DNA from: an uncultured bacterium
Lineage (GTDB): Bacteria; Babelota; Babeliae; Babelales; JABCYS01
Length of the DNA stretch: 64,000 bases
Assembly (NCBI GenBank): GCA_963705705.1
Contig: CAVPKK010000003.1
Span: 96,001 to 160,000, forward strand
Direction: 5' to 3'
Shown: positions 41,314 through 52,195 of the stretch, piece after piece
Position numbering within the stretch: the stretch's first letter is position 1
How the letters are laid out: every line of letters begins with the position of its first letter
Notes under the pieces: model-generated
Told to the model about the DNA's origin: nothing
The model's input: the letters and a program-made list of their open reading frames with translations, nothing else
The model's database searches: none
Made by a program: the position numbers and the translations under genes

Positions 41314-41395
41314 GGAGGAACACTGTTTAAAGGAATCCCGATGAGCATCTTAGAAATATACCATGTTTCTTGGCATCAAGGGCATTATCATTTGT

Positions 41396-42481
41396 TTAGT
41401 CAATATCGGAATGATCGGAATCTTCATCACGTATAAGAGCTTTTTTTGCATCAGACTCTTTGCTTTCATCGGCACTCATTTTCCGTTTAATCATGTTTTT
41501 GGCCTGACCTTCTGGATTAATCAGGATTTGTGGTGCCAATGGTCTAGGCTGTGGTGTTGTATTAGGTTGTTTGTATTTTCTTAGATCAACCACAATGGCC
41601 GTCATGTTATCTGTTCCGCCATGTATATTCGCGCAATTTACCAAACTAGTAGCGGCTATCTTACAGCTTTTGTGACGATTGAGGGCTTCTTTTACTACCG
41701 CGCAAGCAGTGTTGTAACATAAATCTTCTTTAATTTTTTTGGCTTCAGTATTTAAATTATTGTTAACAATGGCATTTGCTGCTTGAGAGAAAGCATTCCA
41801 AATACCTTTGGAGGTGAGAATCATGAACTTGTTTTCGGGCACAAGGTCAAACTGCTTGAGGAAGATGTTATTATCTGTACTAGGTTCCTCCCGTTCAAGA
41901 AACAAAAAGCAATCGTGCTTAATTAGATTTCGCGGTTTGCCGCAGCCGGCTACAAATATTCTTTGGTTTTTTATGAGAGCTATAATTCCTGCAACATTTG
42001 AAACAGCATAAAATTTTTTGAACTCTTCCCCAACAGCAATTCCTGGATGATCCGCAAATTTATTGTGCCTGCAGATACAATCATGAAGAGTCTTGGTAGC
42101 CAGTTCGATCGCTGCGCAATGTTCATGGTTAAATATTCCAAAAAAGGATGAATTTGGTAGCTCGTCATTTCCATAGCCATATTCTCTTATTTCAGTCTGC
42201 GCCCCCATATAATATGCAACGCCGAAGTCTTGATCAGCCATATTACATTTGGCTGCATTTAGAGCAGCTTTAGCAGTACTTATTTTATCTTTGAGTTCCC
42301 GTACGGTAATTTCATTACCGGTCGTGTTAGCCGCTCGATCAGGAAGAACACGCATATAGAAATCGGTTGCCAATATAGACGGATTGGAAGAAGAACTAGT
42401 AGCAATGAGCAAACTGGTTTGCAAGCTGAGCATGAAGGTGCTGAGAATAATTAATGTAGAGCGGTTTATTAGAAGGTTCAT
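41396..42481 (-). CDS. Degenerate PP2C/PPM-fold protein, secreted-type
   Basis: FFGIFNH, ILTSKGIWN, HGGTDNMTAIVVDL. Confidence 0.7.
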   Translation of the reverse strand: MNLLINRSTLIILSTFMLSLQTSLLIATSSSSNPSILATDFYMRVLPDRAANTTGNEITVRELKDKISTAKAALNAAKCNMADQDFGVAYYMGAQTEIREYGYGNDELPNSSFFGIFNHEHCAAIELATKTLHDCICRHNKFADHPGIAVGEEFKKFYAVSNVAGIIALIKNQRIFVAGCGKPRNLIKHDCFLFLEREEPSTDNNIFLKQFDLVPENKFMILTSKGIWNAFSQAANAIVNNNLNTEAKKIKEDLCYNTACAVVKEALNRHKSCKIAATSLVNCANIHGGTDNMTAIVVDLRKYKQPNTTPQPRPLAPQILINPEGQAKNMIKRKMSADESKESDAKKALIRDEDSDHSDID

Positions 42482-42530
42482 ATTGTATTCATTAAATCTT
42501 GCCTTAATTGCAGCATGAAGGCAGAAAACG

Positions 42531-43640
42531 TTAGCTCGTGTGGTTTAGTAATTTTCGAAGATCAATCACAATGGCTGTCATATTATCTTTGCCGCCATGC
42601 ACACTCGCACAATTTACCAAACTGTTAGCTGCTGCCTCACAACTATTATGCCGATGGAAAGCTTCATGAACAATCGCTGCCGCAGTTTGATAGCCTAATT
42701 TGCGAAGGATCATGGCTCTGGTAGATGCAACGGCGCCCTTGAAACTTAAAGATTTGGTATCAATTGCTCCTGTTGCTTGGCTTAATGCTTGCTTAACAGG
42801 GGCTTCAGCAGCCTCATAGCTTAAGGCTTCTTCAAACATTCCCGAATTAGCCCCTGAAGTTTTGCCATCTTTAGTTCCTTTAATAGCTGTGTATGCTGCG
42901 TTGTAAAAGGCATCCCAAATACCCTTGGAAGCGAGTATCAGAAACCTAGGTACAGGCTCAATGCCATTTTCGGGGTCAAGATCTATAGATTCGGAATACA
43001 TATTCTCATGTTTGTGGTCTTCATCATATTTAGCGGGCAGCATATCAATTGTCCATTTCGAACCTGGTTTTAAATGATAGTTCAACGCCAATAAACGAGA
43101 CTTGCCAATCCATGAATAATACAGCCTTTTGTCTTTTATCAGTGCTACGATACCTGGCGTTGTAGGATGTGATTGCGCAGTTGAAGCCGGCACACTTTGA
43201 TGAAAGGTCGCAAAGGTATCCTTAATTGCTGATTCGAGATCATCTGTAACCTTTTGATGAGAAAGGATTTTATTATAAAGTCCTTTGGCAGCAGCTTGGG
43301 CAATCGCGGGATTCTTTTGGCCATCAAATATGCTAAAAAAAGATGGCCCATCCGGAGGTGTTACTACATGATGATAGTCTGACCTTTTCAGGCTTTTACC
43401 TGGGGAATACGCTACACAAAAGCGCTTATCCGTCATGACAGCCGTAGCAGCATTTTCTTCATTTTCTTTATCCGCGGCAGCCATTGTAGCGGCTATTTTT
43501 GCTCGAGCTTCTTTTTCCATCGACTTTAATGCGCGTTCAATGAAATCATCCGGGCTTAGCGTCGGCGTGGCGCTGGTAGCGTTCAGTGAAACGAATAAAA
43601 ATCCAAGAATGAAGAGGATGAAACTAAATCGTACAGGCAT
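42531..43640 (-). CDS. Degenerate PP2C/PPM-fold protein, secreted-type (paralog)
   Basis: FFSIFDGQ, WIGKSR, ILASKGIWD, HGGKDNMTAIVIDL. Confidence 0.75.
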   Translation of the reverse strand: MPVRFSFILFILGFLFVSLNATSATPTLSPDDFIERALKSMEKEARAKIAATMAAADKENEENAATAVMTDKRFCVAYSPGKSLKRSDYHHVVTPPDGPSFFSIFDGQKNPAIAQAAAKGLYNKILSHQKVTDDLESAIKDTFATFHQSVPASTAQSHPTTPGIVALIKDKRLYYSWIGKSRLLALNYHLKPGSKWTIDMLPAKYDEDHKHENMYSESIDLDPENGIEPVPRFLILASKGIWDAFYNAAYTAIKGTKDGKTSGANSGMFEEALSYEAAEAPVKQALSQATGAIDTKSLSFKGAVASTRAMILRKLGYQTAAAIVHEAFHRHNSCEAAANSLVNCASVHGGKDNMTAIVIDLRKLLNHTS

Positions 43641-43749
43641 GTTCTTCCTAACCGTTGTGGTTTCAGAGTTTGCCGAGAATGGCGTTCGGCGTCAAAGGGC
43701 TGCATATATGATCAGGACAAGGAAAATGGGTCGATCTAATCGGTGGCCA

Positions 43750-44199
43750 TTATTTGAGATTTTTGAGCAGTTTGAGCTCTTGCCGGTGCATGACTTTATA
43801 ATCGGCATCGGTGATATGATCATAGCCCAATAGATGCAACATACCATGAACTAATATGAGCTTGAGACGGTCTTGCGGATCCACGCCGTATGTTTTTGCA
43901 TCGCGGCCGACGATGGCTGGCGCAATAATCAGGTCGCCTAAAACCTTATCTTCAGGATCTGTGGCCTTGATCCGTTGGCCTGCCTTCAGGTTGGGGTAGA
44001 AAGGGAATGACAATACGTCAGTTGGCCCTTTTTTGGTGCGATACTGCTCGTTGAAGCGAGCAATGGTGCGCGGCGCGCAAAACCAAATGTTGAGATCAAA
44101 TTCTTTATAATCCAGCTCATCCAGGATGGTCTGAGCCCAACGGCGTACCTGCCGCGTATTAATAGGAATGGATTTCTGGGTGTTTTTGATCAGGATCAT
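43750..44199 (-). CDS. ybeY: rRNA maturation endoribonuclease YbeY
   Basis: PTDVLSFP, LGDLII, HGMLHLLGYDH. Confidence 0.96.
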   Translation of the reverse strand: MILIKNTQKSIPINTRQVRRWAQTILDELDYKEFDLNIWFCAPRTIARFNEQYRTKKGPTDVLSFPFYPNLKAGQRIKATDPEDKVLGDLIIAPAIVGRDAKTYGVDPQDRLKLILVHGMLHLLGYDHITDADYKVMHRQELKLLKNLK

Positions 44200-46763
44200 A
44201 TCCCAACTCGGGCATGCCAGGTTCCATCCTTTTCTTCTAGTAGCGAACCGTCGCAGACTCCATTGTTATTCACAATAGTCTCTGCCTGTGACACGCCCTT
44301 AATCAATAATTCTTGCGATCGTACTTCATCGAGCGCTGCTTGATCAGCCGAACATATAATTAAGGTATGTAACGGTGTTTTAAGGGAAAGCTGTTTTTCA
44401 GATTTTAATTTCCGAACTGCAGCAATTACGCTTAACACCCAAGTCATGCTATCAACGCTGCTTGGGAATGCGAACCTCTTCTGAACTTCGTTTATGCTTG
44501 TGTGGTGAATTGAGCTGATGGCATCATTTTTATAGACCGACTCAAAAATAGCTTCAGTTACATGTGGCAAGTATGGTGCATATAACTGCAACAATCGTAA
44601 ACCAAGGTGATGTAAGGTCCATTTTGTTGCCGCTACCATATCGGCTGGGTATTTTTCAGGTTTGAATAATTGATCTTTCACCAGCTCGAGATAATTGTCG
44701 CAGACGTCCTGCCAGAAAAATTCTTCTACCGCATTCAATGCATGGCCAAATTCATTTTGCTCAAATGCTTGGTGGTACCGGCTGAAGCAATTGCTTGCGC
44801 GATCAAGAATCCATTCATTTACGGGATACAACTTTATTGGTTCTGGCGCTTGCTTGCCAACATCCTGGACATGTTCGGCTATAAAGCGCATGGCATTCCA
44901 AATTTTGGTAACCAAACGCTGGCCGATATTTAGCTGGTTTTCCGTAAACGGAATGTCTTGGCCCAGGCTGCCAGATGCTGTCCAATATCGTATGACATCA
45001 GCTGAATATCTTTCCAGCAAATTATGGGGTGTTGTTCTTTCATTGCCCTTGGATTTGGAAAGCTTTTCCTTGCTATCAGCAAGTACGTGCCCTGAAATAA
45101 TAATATTATTCCATGGAATGGTTTGCTGATGCATCCAAACCTTTACTATAGTATCGAACGCCCAGGTGCGAATAATATCATGCGCTTGTGGCCGCATTGT
45201 CATCAAGGCCTTAGGCCCTGAACCAGAAAAGCGATCAGACACGCTATAGACAGTCGATGTTAAGTCAAAGTTTTTTCCTGTTTTTTGATAAAACAACTGC
45301 GCACATATATAAGGAGTAAGTGATGACGTGTTCCAGGTATCCATCACATCACGGTCAGGAGTAATATCCTTACCGCCACATTGTGTACAGCTAGCAGGTG
45401 CCGTTTCTTGCGGATCTACCGGCAACTGTTTTTCATCTGCCAGAATCACGGCATTACAGCTAGCGCAGTACCATGCTGGAAATGGAATGCCAAAGAATCG
45501 TTGGCGAGAAATACACCAATCCCAGCCCAGGTGCTCAACCCAATCGTTATAACGAGATTTCATAAAGGTCGGGTACCAGTTAATTTGGTCTGCCATTTCA
45601 ATGAACGTTTTCTTGTGATCCAAAATATTAACAAACCATTGTTTTAACGGCATGAACTCAATTTCACGCTTGCAACGTTCATGTACATTCACAGCATGAG
45701 TGATTGGCTTCTGGTTTTTGAGTAGGCCCTGCTCTTTCAATTTTTCCAATACAGCGTTACGCGCCGCTTCAGCTTTCAATCCTGCCAAGAATCCGGCTTC
45801 GGTAGTCCATTTTCCATCCAGGCCAATAACTGCTCGATATGGCAGATTAAATTTCTTAACCCACGCGATATCAGTTTTATCACCAAAGGTGCAGACCATT
45901 ACCAGACCTGTTCCCTTATCTATTTGGACTGATTCATCAGCGAGAATTGGCACTTCTTGGCCGAATAAGGGAACTATTGCTTTTTTGCCAGCCAGATGTT
46001 GGTACCTGGGATCATCCGGGTTATAGAGCATAGCAACACATGCTGGCAATAACTCAGGCCGCGTGGTCCCGATGACCAATTCCTGACCATCCGTTGTCTT
46101 GAAAATGATATCATTAAAGAAGGACGGTTTTTCGACGTCCTCTAATTCTGCCTGGGCAACTGAGGTGCGACATACCGTGCAATAGAGCGCAGGCTCATAT
46201 TTGCGGTAAACGTATCCTTTTTTATACAGTTCAATAAATGAAGCTTGAGACAATGCCCGTGTAGAAGCAGAAATGGTTGAATAACACGAATCCCAATCAA
46301 CTGAGAGGCCAATGCTCCGCCAAAGCTTTTCAAACTCTTTTTCAACCTCTGCGGTTACCTCTAAGCACACATTAATGAATGCTGATCTGCCTAATTGGTA
46401 AGCGGTAATCTCTTTTTTCTTTTCAACAAACCGCTCAGTCGGCAATCCATTATCATCAAAGCCGAATGGATAAAAAACCTTTTTTCCCTGCAAACGCTGA
46501 TACCGAGCTATGATGTCGGTCTGCGTGTATGAAAAAATGTGACCGATATGCAATGAACCGGAAACCGTCGGCGGCGGGGTATCAACGCTATATAGTGCGC
46601 CATGATAATTTTCCATGGCATTTGTTTTTTCAGCTTCCCAACGTTGTTGGATCCGCTGCTCTTCTGATTTGGCGTTGTATTGACAACTACGTTGTCTAAA
46701 TTGCGCTTCGCTCGCTTGGGTCTGGTCAGACCCCGACTCACTTTGCTTATATTGTTTTTCCAC
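44196..46763 (-). CDS. valS: Valine-tRNA ligase (short type, no C-terminal coiled coil)
   Basis: DTPPPTVSGSLHIGH, WDWCISRQR, DVMDTW, KLSKS. Confidence 0.95.
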   Translation of the reverse strand: MEKQYKQSESGSDQTQASEAQFRQRSCQYNAKSEEQRIQQRWEAEKTNAMENYHGALYSVDTPPPTVSGSLHIGHIFSYTQTDIIARYQRLQGKKVFYPFGFDDNGLPTERFVEKKKEITAYQLGRSAFINVCLEVTAEVEKEFEKLWRSIGLSVDWDSCYSTISASTRALSQASFIELYKKGYVYRKYEPALYCTVCRTSVAQAELEDVEKPSFFNDIIFKTTDGQELVIGTTRPELLPACVAMLYNPDDPRYQHLAGKKAIVPLFGQEVPILADESVQIDKGTGLVMVCTFGDKTDIAWVKKFNLPYRAVIGLDGKWTTEAGFLAGLKAEAARNAVLEKLKEQGLLKNQKPITHAVNVHERCKREIEFMPLKQWFVNILDHKKTFIEMADQINWYPTFMKSRYNDWVEHLGWDWCISRQRFFGIPFPAWYCASCNAVILADEKQLPVDPQETAPASCTQCGGKDITPDRDVMDTWNTSSLTPYICAQLFYQKTGKNFDLTSTVYSVSDRFSGSGPKALMTMRPQAHDIIRTWAFDTIVKVWMHQQTIPWNNIIISGHVLADSKEKLSKSKGNERTTPHNLLERYSADVIRYWTASGSLGQDIPFTENQLNIGQRLVTKIWNAMRFIAEHVQDVGKQAPEPIKLYPVNEWILDRASNCFSRYHQAFEQNEFGHALNAVEEFFWQDVCDNYLELVKDQLFKPEKYPADMVAATKWTLHHLGLRLLQLYAPYLPHVTEAIFESVYKNDAISSIHHTSINEVQKRFAFPSSVDSMTWVLSVIAAVRKLKSEKQLSLKTPLHTLIICSADQAALDEVRSQELLIKGVSQAETIVNNNGVCDGSLLEEKDGTWHARVGI

Positions 46764-46941
46764 GCGATAACTCTTTAGCTAAATTAAATTAGGAGATGGT
46801 ATTGTAAGTCTAGATCTGTGCTGGGTCAAAAGCATCTCTTTAGTAGATGTTGTAAATCCAGTCCGAGGCTCATGAATCTTTCGCGTTGAAGGCGATACTG
46901 CTTTCAGCTAGACTGGCCATATCATTAATTCAAAAAGCGGA

Positions 46942-48672
46942 GTGCGTGTGCAAGATTTAATTTCAATTCTTCTCCAGCTAAAGGCCATAACGCCAGAGCA
47001 ACGTATCCAATGCGAAGCTGATACTGCAGTGACTAAGCAACCTATTGAGCAGTGTCTGTTGCAACGTGGTTTTATAACTCCTGAACTCTTGGCTCAAGCA
47101 TACGCCAAACAATTTAATATTCCCTACGTTCAGCAAATTAATGAATCGATGGCCGATCCGGTCTTGCTTGCTCGCATTCCCCTTAAATTTCTTCGCGATA
47201 ATACGGTCATGCCAGTTACCTATGAAGGCAACGTCATCTTATTAACGGCCGATCCCCGCAATTTTCAGGCAACCGATGAGCTGAATCTTATTTTAGGTGG
47301 CGATTTAGGTATCGGTATCGCCACAGCCAAAACCATTTTGGATGGAATCAACCGATTTTATCCGCTCGAAGGGGCCAAGCAGCTAGTTGCCGAGCTTGAG
47401 GAAGAGCAAGGGCTATCGGCGGAGGCGGTAGATTTTGGTGCCATCGAAGAAACTGAAATAACCGGTGCGGTTGCAGAGGCTCCGATTATTAAATTGGTTA
47501 ATCACATTCTCTATCAGGCGGTCAAGCAAGGTGCATCGGATATTCATATTGAGCCGTATGAAAAAGAGTTGCATGTGCGCTATCGTATTGATGGTGTAAT
47601 GCAGGTAGCGCTAACGCCACCTAAGCGTGCGCAAGCGGCGCTGATATCGCGTATCAAAATAATGGCGAACATGAATATTGCTGAAAAGCGCAAGCCGCAG
47701 GGTGGCCGGATCATGGTTCGCGTAGCTGATAAGCCAATCGATATTCGTGTATCTATTGTGCCGGTACAGTTTGGCGAGCGTGTGGTAATGCGATTGCTTG
47801 ATAAATCAAAGGCACTCGTAGCCCTATCGGGCATTGGCTTTTCCGATCGAGACATACGGGTATTAACTAAAGCTATTGAACGACCAAATGGCATTATTTT
47901 GGTTTCAGGTCCAACCGGTTCTGGTAAAACAACTACATTGTATGCCATTCTATCACAGCTCAATACGCCTGATGTAAATATTATGACGGTTGAAGATCCG
48001 ATTGAGTATCAGATTGCTGGCATTGCCCAAATTCAAGTGCAAGAAAAAATTGGTCTTACTTTCGCAGCAGCATTGCGTGAAATTTTGCGACAAGACCCCG
48101 ACATTATTATGATCGGTGAAACTCGTGATAGTGAAACCGCACAAATTGCTATTCAAGCAGCACTCACTGGCCACTTGGTGTTGAGTACTATTCACACCAA
48201 TAATGCGCCGGCCACCATTACTCGTTTGATTGACATGGGTATAGAACCATTCTTAATTGCGTCGACCATTGTGTGTATTGTAGCCCAACGTTTGGTGCGC
48301 ATGTTATGCCCGAATTGCAAGGTTCAATTTACACCACCAGCCGATTTGATCGCATCGCTTGGTCTCAGTGCGGCAGAAGCCAAAAAGATTACTTTTTACA
48401 AAGCAGTCGGTTGCCCAAATTGCAGCAATACAGGATATAAAGGCCGCCTAGCTATTTTTGAAATCATGGAAATGACGCCAGAGGTTGCTCATTTGACCAT
48501 GCAACGTGCTGATGCCAACGTTGTTCGACGGCAAGCAATTGCGGATGGCATGACCATGATGATTCAAGATGGCGTTCGCCGCTTGCGAGAAGGTGTAACC
48601 ACTATCGAAGAAGTACTGTCGGCTGCAGTGAGCGAGGAACCAGGCGAACGTGATTTCGAAATCGCGGCATAA
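46942..48672 (+). CDS. Type II secretion/type IV pilus ATPase (GspE/PilB)
   Basis: ASDIHIEP, GPTGSGKTTT, TVEDPIEY, LRQDPD, TGHLVLSTIH, CPNC..CPNC. Confidence 0.93.
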   Translation: MRVQDLISILLQLKAITPEQRIQCEADTAVTKQPIEQCLLQRGFITPELLAQAYAKQFNIPYVQQINESMADPVLLARIPLKFLRDNTVMPVTYEGNVILLTADPRNFQATDELNLILGGDLGIGIATAKTILDGINRFYPLEGAKQLVAELEEEQGLSAEAVDFGAIEETEITGAVAEAPIIKLVNHILYQAVKQGASDIHIEPYEKELHVRYRIDGVMQVALTPPKRAQAALISRIKIMANMNIAEKRKPQGGRIMVRVADKPIDIRVSIVPVQFGERVVMRLLDKSKALVALSGIGFSDRDIRVLTKAIERPNGIILVSGPTGSGKTTTLYAILSQLNTPDVNIMTVEDPIEYQIAGIAQIQVQEKIGLTFAAALREILRQDPDIIMIGETRDSETAQIAIQAALTGHLVLSTIHTNNAPATITRLIDMGIEPFLIASTIVCIVAQRLVRMLCPNCKVQFTPPADLIASLGLSAAEAKKITFYKAVGCPNCSNTGYKGRLAIFEIMEMTPEVAHLTMQRADANVVRRQAIADGMTMMIQDGVRRLREGVTTIEEVLSAAVSEEPGERDFEIAA

Positions 48673-48675
48673 CCA

Positions 48676-48726
48676 CCAGGGCGCGCCCTGGACCCGATAT
48701 GCGATTAAAATCTGCGTAGGCGAGTC
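48676..48726 (+). repeat. Palindromic repeat family B
   Basis: CCAGGGCGCGCCCTGGACCC...CGTAGGCGAGTC. Confidence 0.75.
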
Positions 48727-49302
48727 GTGTTGGATTTTAAGATTCCCCCTAATTTAACCTGGCTATTGAAAGAACCCGCTCGTCCTGAGCCTGTCGACCC
48801 TTCGATACATTTTGCTTCGCAAAACACTCAGGGCGATCGGCATGGGGTCCCCAAAACTCGGGTTCCCTTACAGGGTGAGTTTGGGGTAAAAGGATGCGAG
48901 CGGCATTGCGCGAAAAAAGAGTGGATACTCAGCGGCCATTCACTTATTGAACTTACCGTCGTCCTTACCATCTTCACATTCTTTTCAGGCCTATCCATCG
49001 GCACCTTATCCTATCTTGAGCGGATGACCGTCCGATGTGCTGCAGAAAAACTATTTACTGATATTTCGCATATACAACAGCAAGCGTTAGTTTCAGGCGA
49101 GCCGCAAACGATCGAGTTGTCTGAATATGTATTGTCGCGCGGGGTCCATTTTTCTGCTATCACATTTCCTCATGAGAAAATAATCGCTGCCGCATCTGGT
49201 GTTATTTGCGCGGGATCTGTGTATCTTACAGATGATAAAAATTGGACGTATGCGGTGACAGTACCGGTTGGTGGTGCGGCTGCACGAATTGCTCAAAAAT
49301 AA
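48727..49302 (+). CDS. Prepilin/pseudopilin-like protein (start uncertain; 5' part is repeat-derived)
   Basis: G|HSLIELTVVL class III signal-like motif; downstream of gspE/pilB. Confidence 0.65.
   Translation: MLDFKIPPNLTWLLKEPARPEPVDPSIHFASQNTQGDRHGVPKTRVPLQGEFGVKGCERHCAKKEWILSGHSLIELTVVLTIFTFFSGLSIGTLSYLERMTVRCAAEKLFTDISHIQQQALVSGEPQTIELSEYVLSRGVHFSAITFPHEKIIAAASGVICAGSVYLTDDKNWTYAVTVPVGGAAARIAQK
48776..48903 (+). repeat. Palindromic repeat family A, longest nested copy
   Basis: CCGCTCGTCCTGAGCCTGTCGA-[inverted variant]-[GGGGTCCCC...GAGTTTGGGGTAA]-AAGGATGCGAGCGG. Confidence 0.9.
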
Positions 49303-49303
49303 T

Positions 49304-52195
49304 ATGCGTAAATGGCTTGGTTTTTTCTTTCGTTTCTTATTCGCAATATTTCTTGGCGGATGCATTGCGCTATTTATTATTCAACGTGATGAACGATTTA
49401 AGCATACTGTTGAAGGGCACATTAAAGAGTTCTTTAAGACAAGTTATGCAGCTGATATTTCTTGCAAAGTGACCGGCATTAATTTATTGCGGCCTTCTCT
49501 TACCGTCGAATCAGTAGTGGTAACGCCAACAAGTACCGATGATACGAGCTGGCGGTGGACTGCGCGGGGTGGTACCGTATCATCATCTTGGCTTAAAATG
49601 TTGCTTGCTCGGGCGATGCCAATTACGGTTGAAATAGAAGATGCGCGCGCAGATTCAGCTGTTATTGGTAGACAACCTGCAATACTCGAACATCTGAATC
49701 GCTTGTTTGCGCTTCCGGATGTTGGCATACCTGTATTTTTGAAAAAGATTCATCTTGCTAAATCATTTTTCCGCCTGGCCAATGCCAAGATGGAACTGCT
49801 TTGTCCATTACAAGCCGTTTTGGAACGTGTCGAGAATGCAACAAAATTAACCTGCTATCCAACCGATAGTACGATTTTGTATCAGCAGATACCGTATGCA
49901 CAAGATGTACAAGGTACTGTGTTGCTGGAGTTTATGGATAATGAAGCATCTCCGTATATTAATATTTCCCTTACGGGTAAGTTGCCAATATTAGCTCCCG
50001 AGCAAACCAGCTGCTTCTGCTATGGCTCGTGGCAACAGGGCCGTGGAGCTTTTTCATTGCATAATGCTGACCGCTCATTTGTTATTGATCCCCTTAATAT
50101 TGATAGTGATTCTAATATTGATGTTGCACTGTCTGCCCCAATCGCTTGCATGCAGAAAATTGCTACTTCAAAACAAGGTGCTGCCTCATGCACTGGACGT
50201 TGCTCAGCGCACATTGTGGCAAATCTATTGGATCCGCTTCATACGCTACGCGCAGATTGTTCGTTGCATGATGCATCTATTAAAGGTATCAATTTGCCGA
50301 CAACCCAGTTTGTTATAAGTGCCGACAAAAACCGTAAAAATGAACATGCTGGATTAGCCCACGGCATCATTGATATACAAATACCTAATGCAGCATTTAG
50401 TGGCTCTTGGCAATGGAATGATCTTACCGGTGGCAACCTTTCCATGATCAATAATAAGATAATGCAGGTGCCATTGAGCAGATATTGGCAACTTCTACCT
50501 GGCCAGCTGGAAATGCAAGCATCGGTAGATCATCAGGGAACTGCGACGATCGGTGTTGCGTGCACTCTTAAGAATGACCGCTTTGGAACTACAATGAAAA
50601 GTAATGGCAACCTCATCATGCAGGGCACGGAACTGAGTGGTAAGCTTAATTTTGGCCCATCTCCGGATGCTAATAATATATCAGGATCGCCTCAAGCTAA
50701 GAATTTGGCGCTGGGTAAGAATGGAAAAAAGTCACAACGCGCTGGTAATGGGAATCATCGGGAAAATAAAGTTGCGTTTACTGCCGATTTAGCACAGCGA
50801 AAAATTACTCATGCTGCATATCATGATGAAAAGGGGACATGCCTGGCGAAAATTGATTTTCAAGATGGTAAAAATAAAAGTTGGAAAGGATTCTTCGATT
50901 ACCAGCTAATTCTTTCTCTTTTGCCACAGAAGATTCGAGATGAACTTAATGGCCAAGGAATTTTTAATATAAACCTTGAGCGGACGGGCAACAGTCAGTT
51001 AATCAAAGGTTCGATATCGTTGGCCGGGGCTGCGATTAAATTGCCACAATTGTATAACTTTATTACTGCGTTTAATGCTGGTGTGCAGATAGATGCTGCA
51101 AAGCGCACGATTGCAATCAATGACCTTGATCTAAAATTCAATCGTGGTGCACTGTATAGTAAACGATTGAGTTGCCATTTAAATGATCATTACGTGCCTT
51201 CATTTATATATGCACCAATTATTATCGAAGATCTATTTGTAAGTTGGCATCATGATATCTTCGGCATTCTCTCGGGCATGATGACCTTTGAGACGCCTAT
51301 TCGCTCTGCCACGCAGACGCAAAATGCTCCTGGGCAATCACTTCTTAAAGGCTTACTCTTTATTGATCGCACACAAATTAATATCGGCAATATTTTTAAT
51401 CAGCAAAGTATAAGCCCACTGGCTACCTCAGTGCCTGTTCCGGGAAATGATGATGTTCAGCTTGATATCGCTCTTAAAACGCGTGATCATTGCACAATAC
51501 AAACAGGCGTTGTAGATGCACGAGCAAAAGCAGATCTGACTATTGGCGGTCAACTACAACAACCGGTTATTTCTGGCAGCATTGATGTGCTTTCGGGTGA
51601 ACTTAAATTTCCATATAAACCATTGCATATTACGCACGGCAAACTTTATTTCTTGCCAAACCAGCTCCAGGATCCTCTTATCGAAATAACTGCAAAAAAT
51701 AAAATAAAAAAATACCAAGTAACATTACAAATAAATGGCTCAGCTCAGTCACCACACATTCACGTAGAATCTGATCCAACGCTTACTGAAGAACAAGTTC
51801 TCGCATTGTTATTTGCCGGCGTAGAAGACAGTTCGCTCAATGTGCTTATGCCAACGTTGGTGACGCAAAGCATGCAGCAAGTGATGTTTGGCCAAAATGG
51901 ATCTACGCAACCAACCAATGCGGTTACAAGCTATCTTAAATCATGGTTGAAGCCGCTAGCACACGTTCGCATTGTGCCTCGTTTTAATGATGAAGGCGGT
52001 CGTGGCGGTTTGCGCGGCGCAATCGAAATTGAAGTAAGCGAAGATTTTGAAGCAATGATTGAAAAAAACTTTAGCTTGCCCGAAGATTATAAAATCAATG
52101 TTGAATACTCGATCTCAGATGATGTAAGCATCCGCGGCATAAGAGATGAGCGCGGCGACTTCGGTGGCGAAATGGAACTCCGCTGGAAATTCTAG
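49304..52195 (+). CDS. TamB/AsmA-like large envelope protein
   Basis: N-terminal TM anchor, beta-rich body, TamB-like C-terminus (SDPTLTEEQVLALLFAG...VEYSISD...LRWKF). Confidence 0.75.
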   Translation: MRKWLGFFFRFLFAIFLGGCIALFIIQRDERFKHTVEGHIKEFFKTSYAADISCKVTGINLLRPSLTVESVVVTPTSTDDTSWRWTARGGTVSSSWLKMLLARAMPITVEIEDARADSAVIGRQPAILEHLNRLFALPDVGIPVFLKKIHLAKSFFRLANAKMELLCPLQAVLERVENATKLTCYPTDSTILYQQIPYAQDVQGTVLLEFMDNEASPYINISLTGKLPILAPEQTSCFCYGSWQQGRGAFSLHNADRSFVIDPLNIDSDSNIDVALSAPIACMQKIATSKQGAASCTGRCSAHIVANLLDPLHTLRADCSLHDASIKGINLPTTQFVISADKNRKNEHAGLAHGIIDIQIPNAAFSGSWQWNDLTGGNLSMINNKIMQVPLSRYWQLLPGQLEMQASVDHQGTATIGVACTLKNDRFGTTMKSNGNLIMQGTELSGKLNFGPSPDANNISGSPQAKNLALGKNGKKSQRAGNGNHRENKVAFTADLAQRKITHAAYHDEKGTCLAKIDFQDGKNKSWKGFFDYQLILSLLPQKIRDELNGQGIFNINLERTGNSQLIKGSISLAGAAIKLPQLYNFITAFNAGVQIDAAKRTIAINDLDLKFNRGALYSKRLSCHLNDHYVPSFIYAPIIIEDLFVSWHHDIFGILSGMMTFETPIRSATQTQNAPGQSLLKGLLFIDRTQINIGNIFNQQSISPLATSVPVPGNDDVQLDIALKTRDHCTIQTGVVDARAKADLTIGGQLQQPVISGSIDVLSGELKFPYKPLHITHGKLYFLPNQLQDPLIEITAKNKIKKYQVTLQINGSAQSPHIHVESDPTLTEEQVLALLFAGVEDSSLNVLMPTLVTQSMQQVMFGQNGSTQPTNAVTSYLKSWLKPLAHVRIVPRFNDEGGRGGLRGAIEIEVSEDFEAMIEKNFSLPEDYKINVEYSISDDVSIRGIRDERGDFGGEMELRWKF

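Noticed and set aside
41097..41330. 77-aa ORF between the LRR and PP2C-like genes
   Set aside because: Low-complexity, overlaps the promoter-like repeat, and has no recognisable features.
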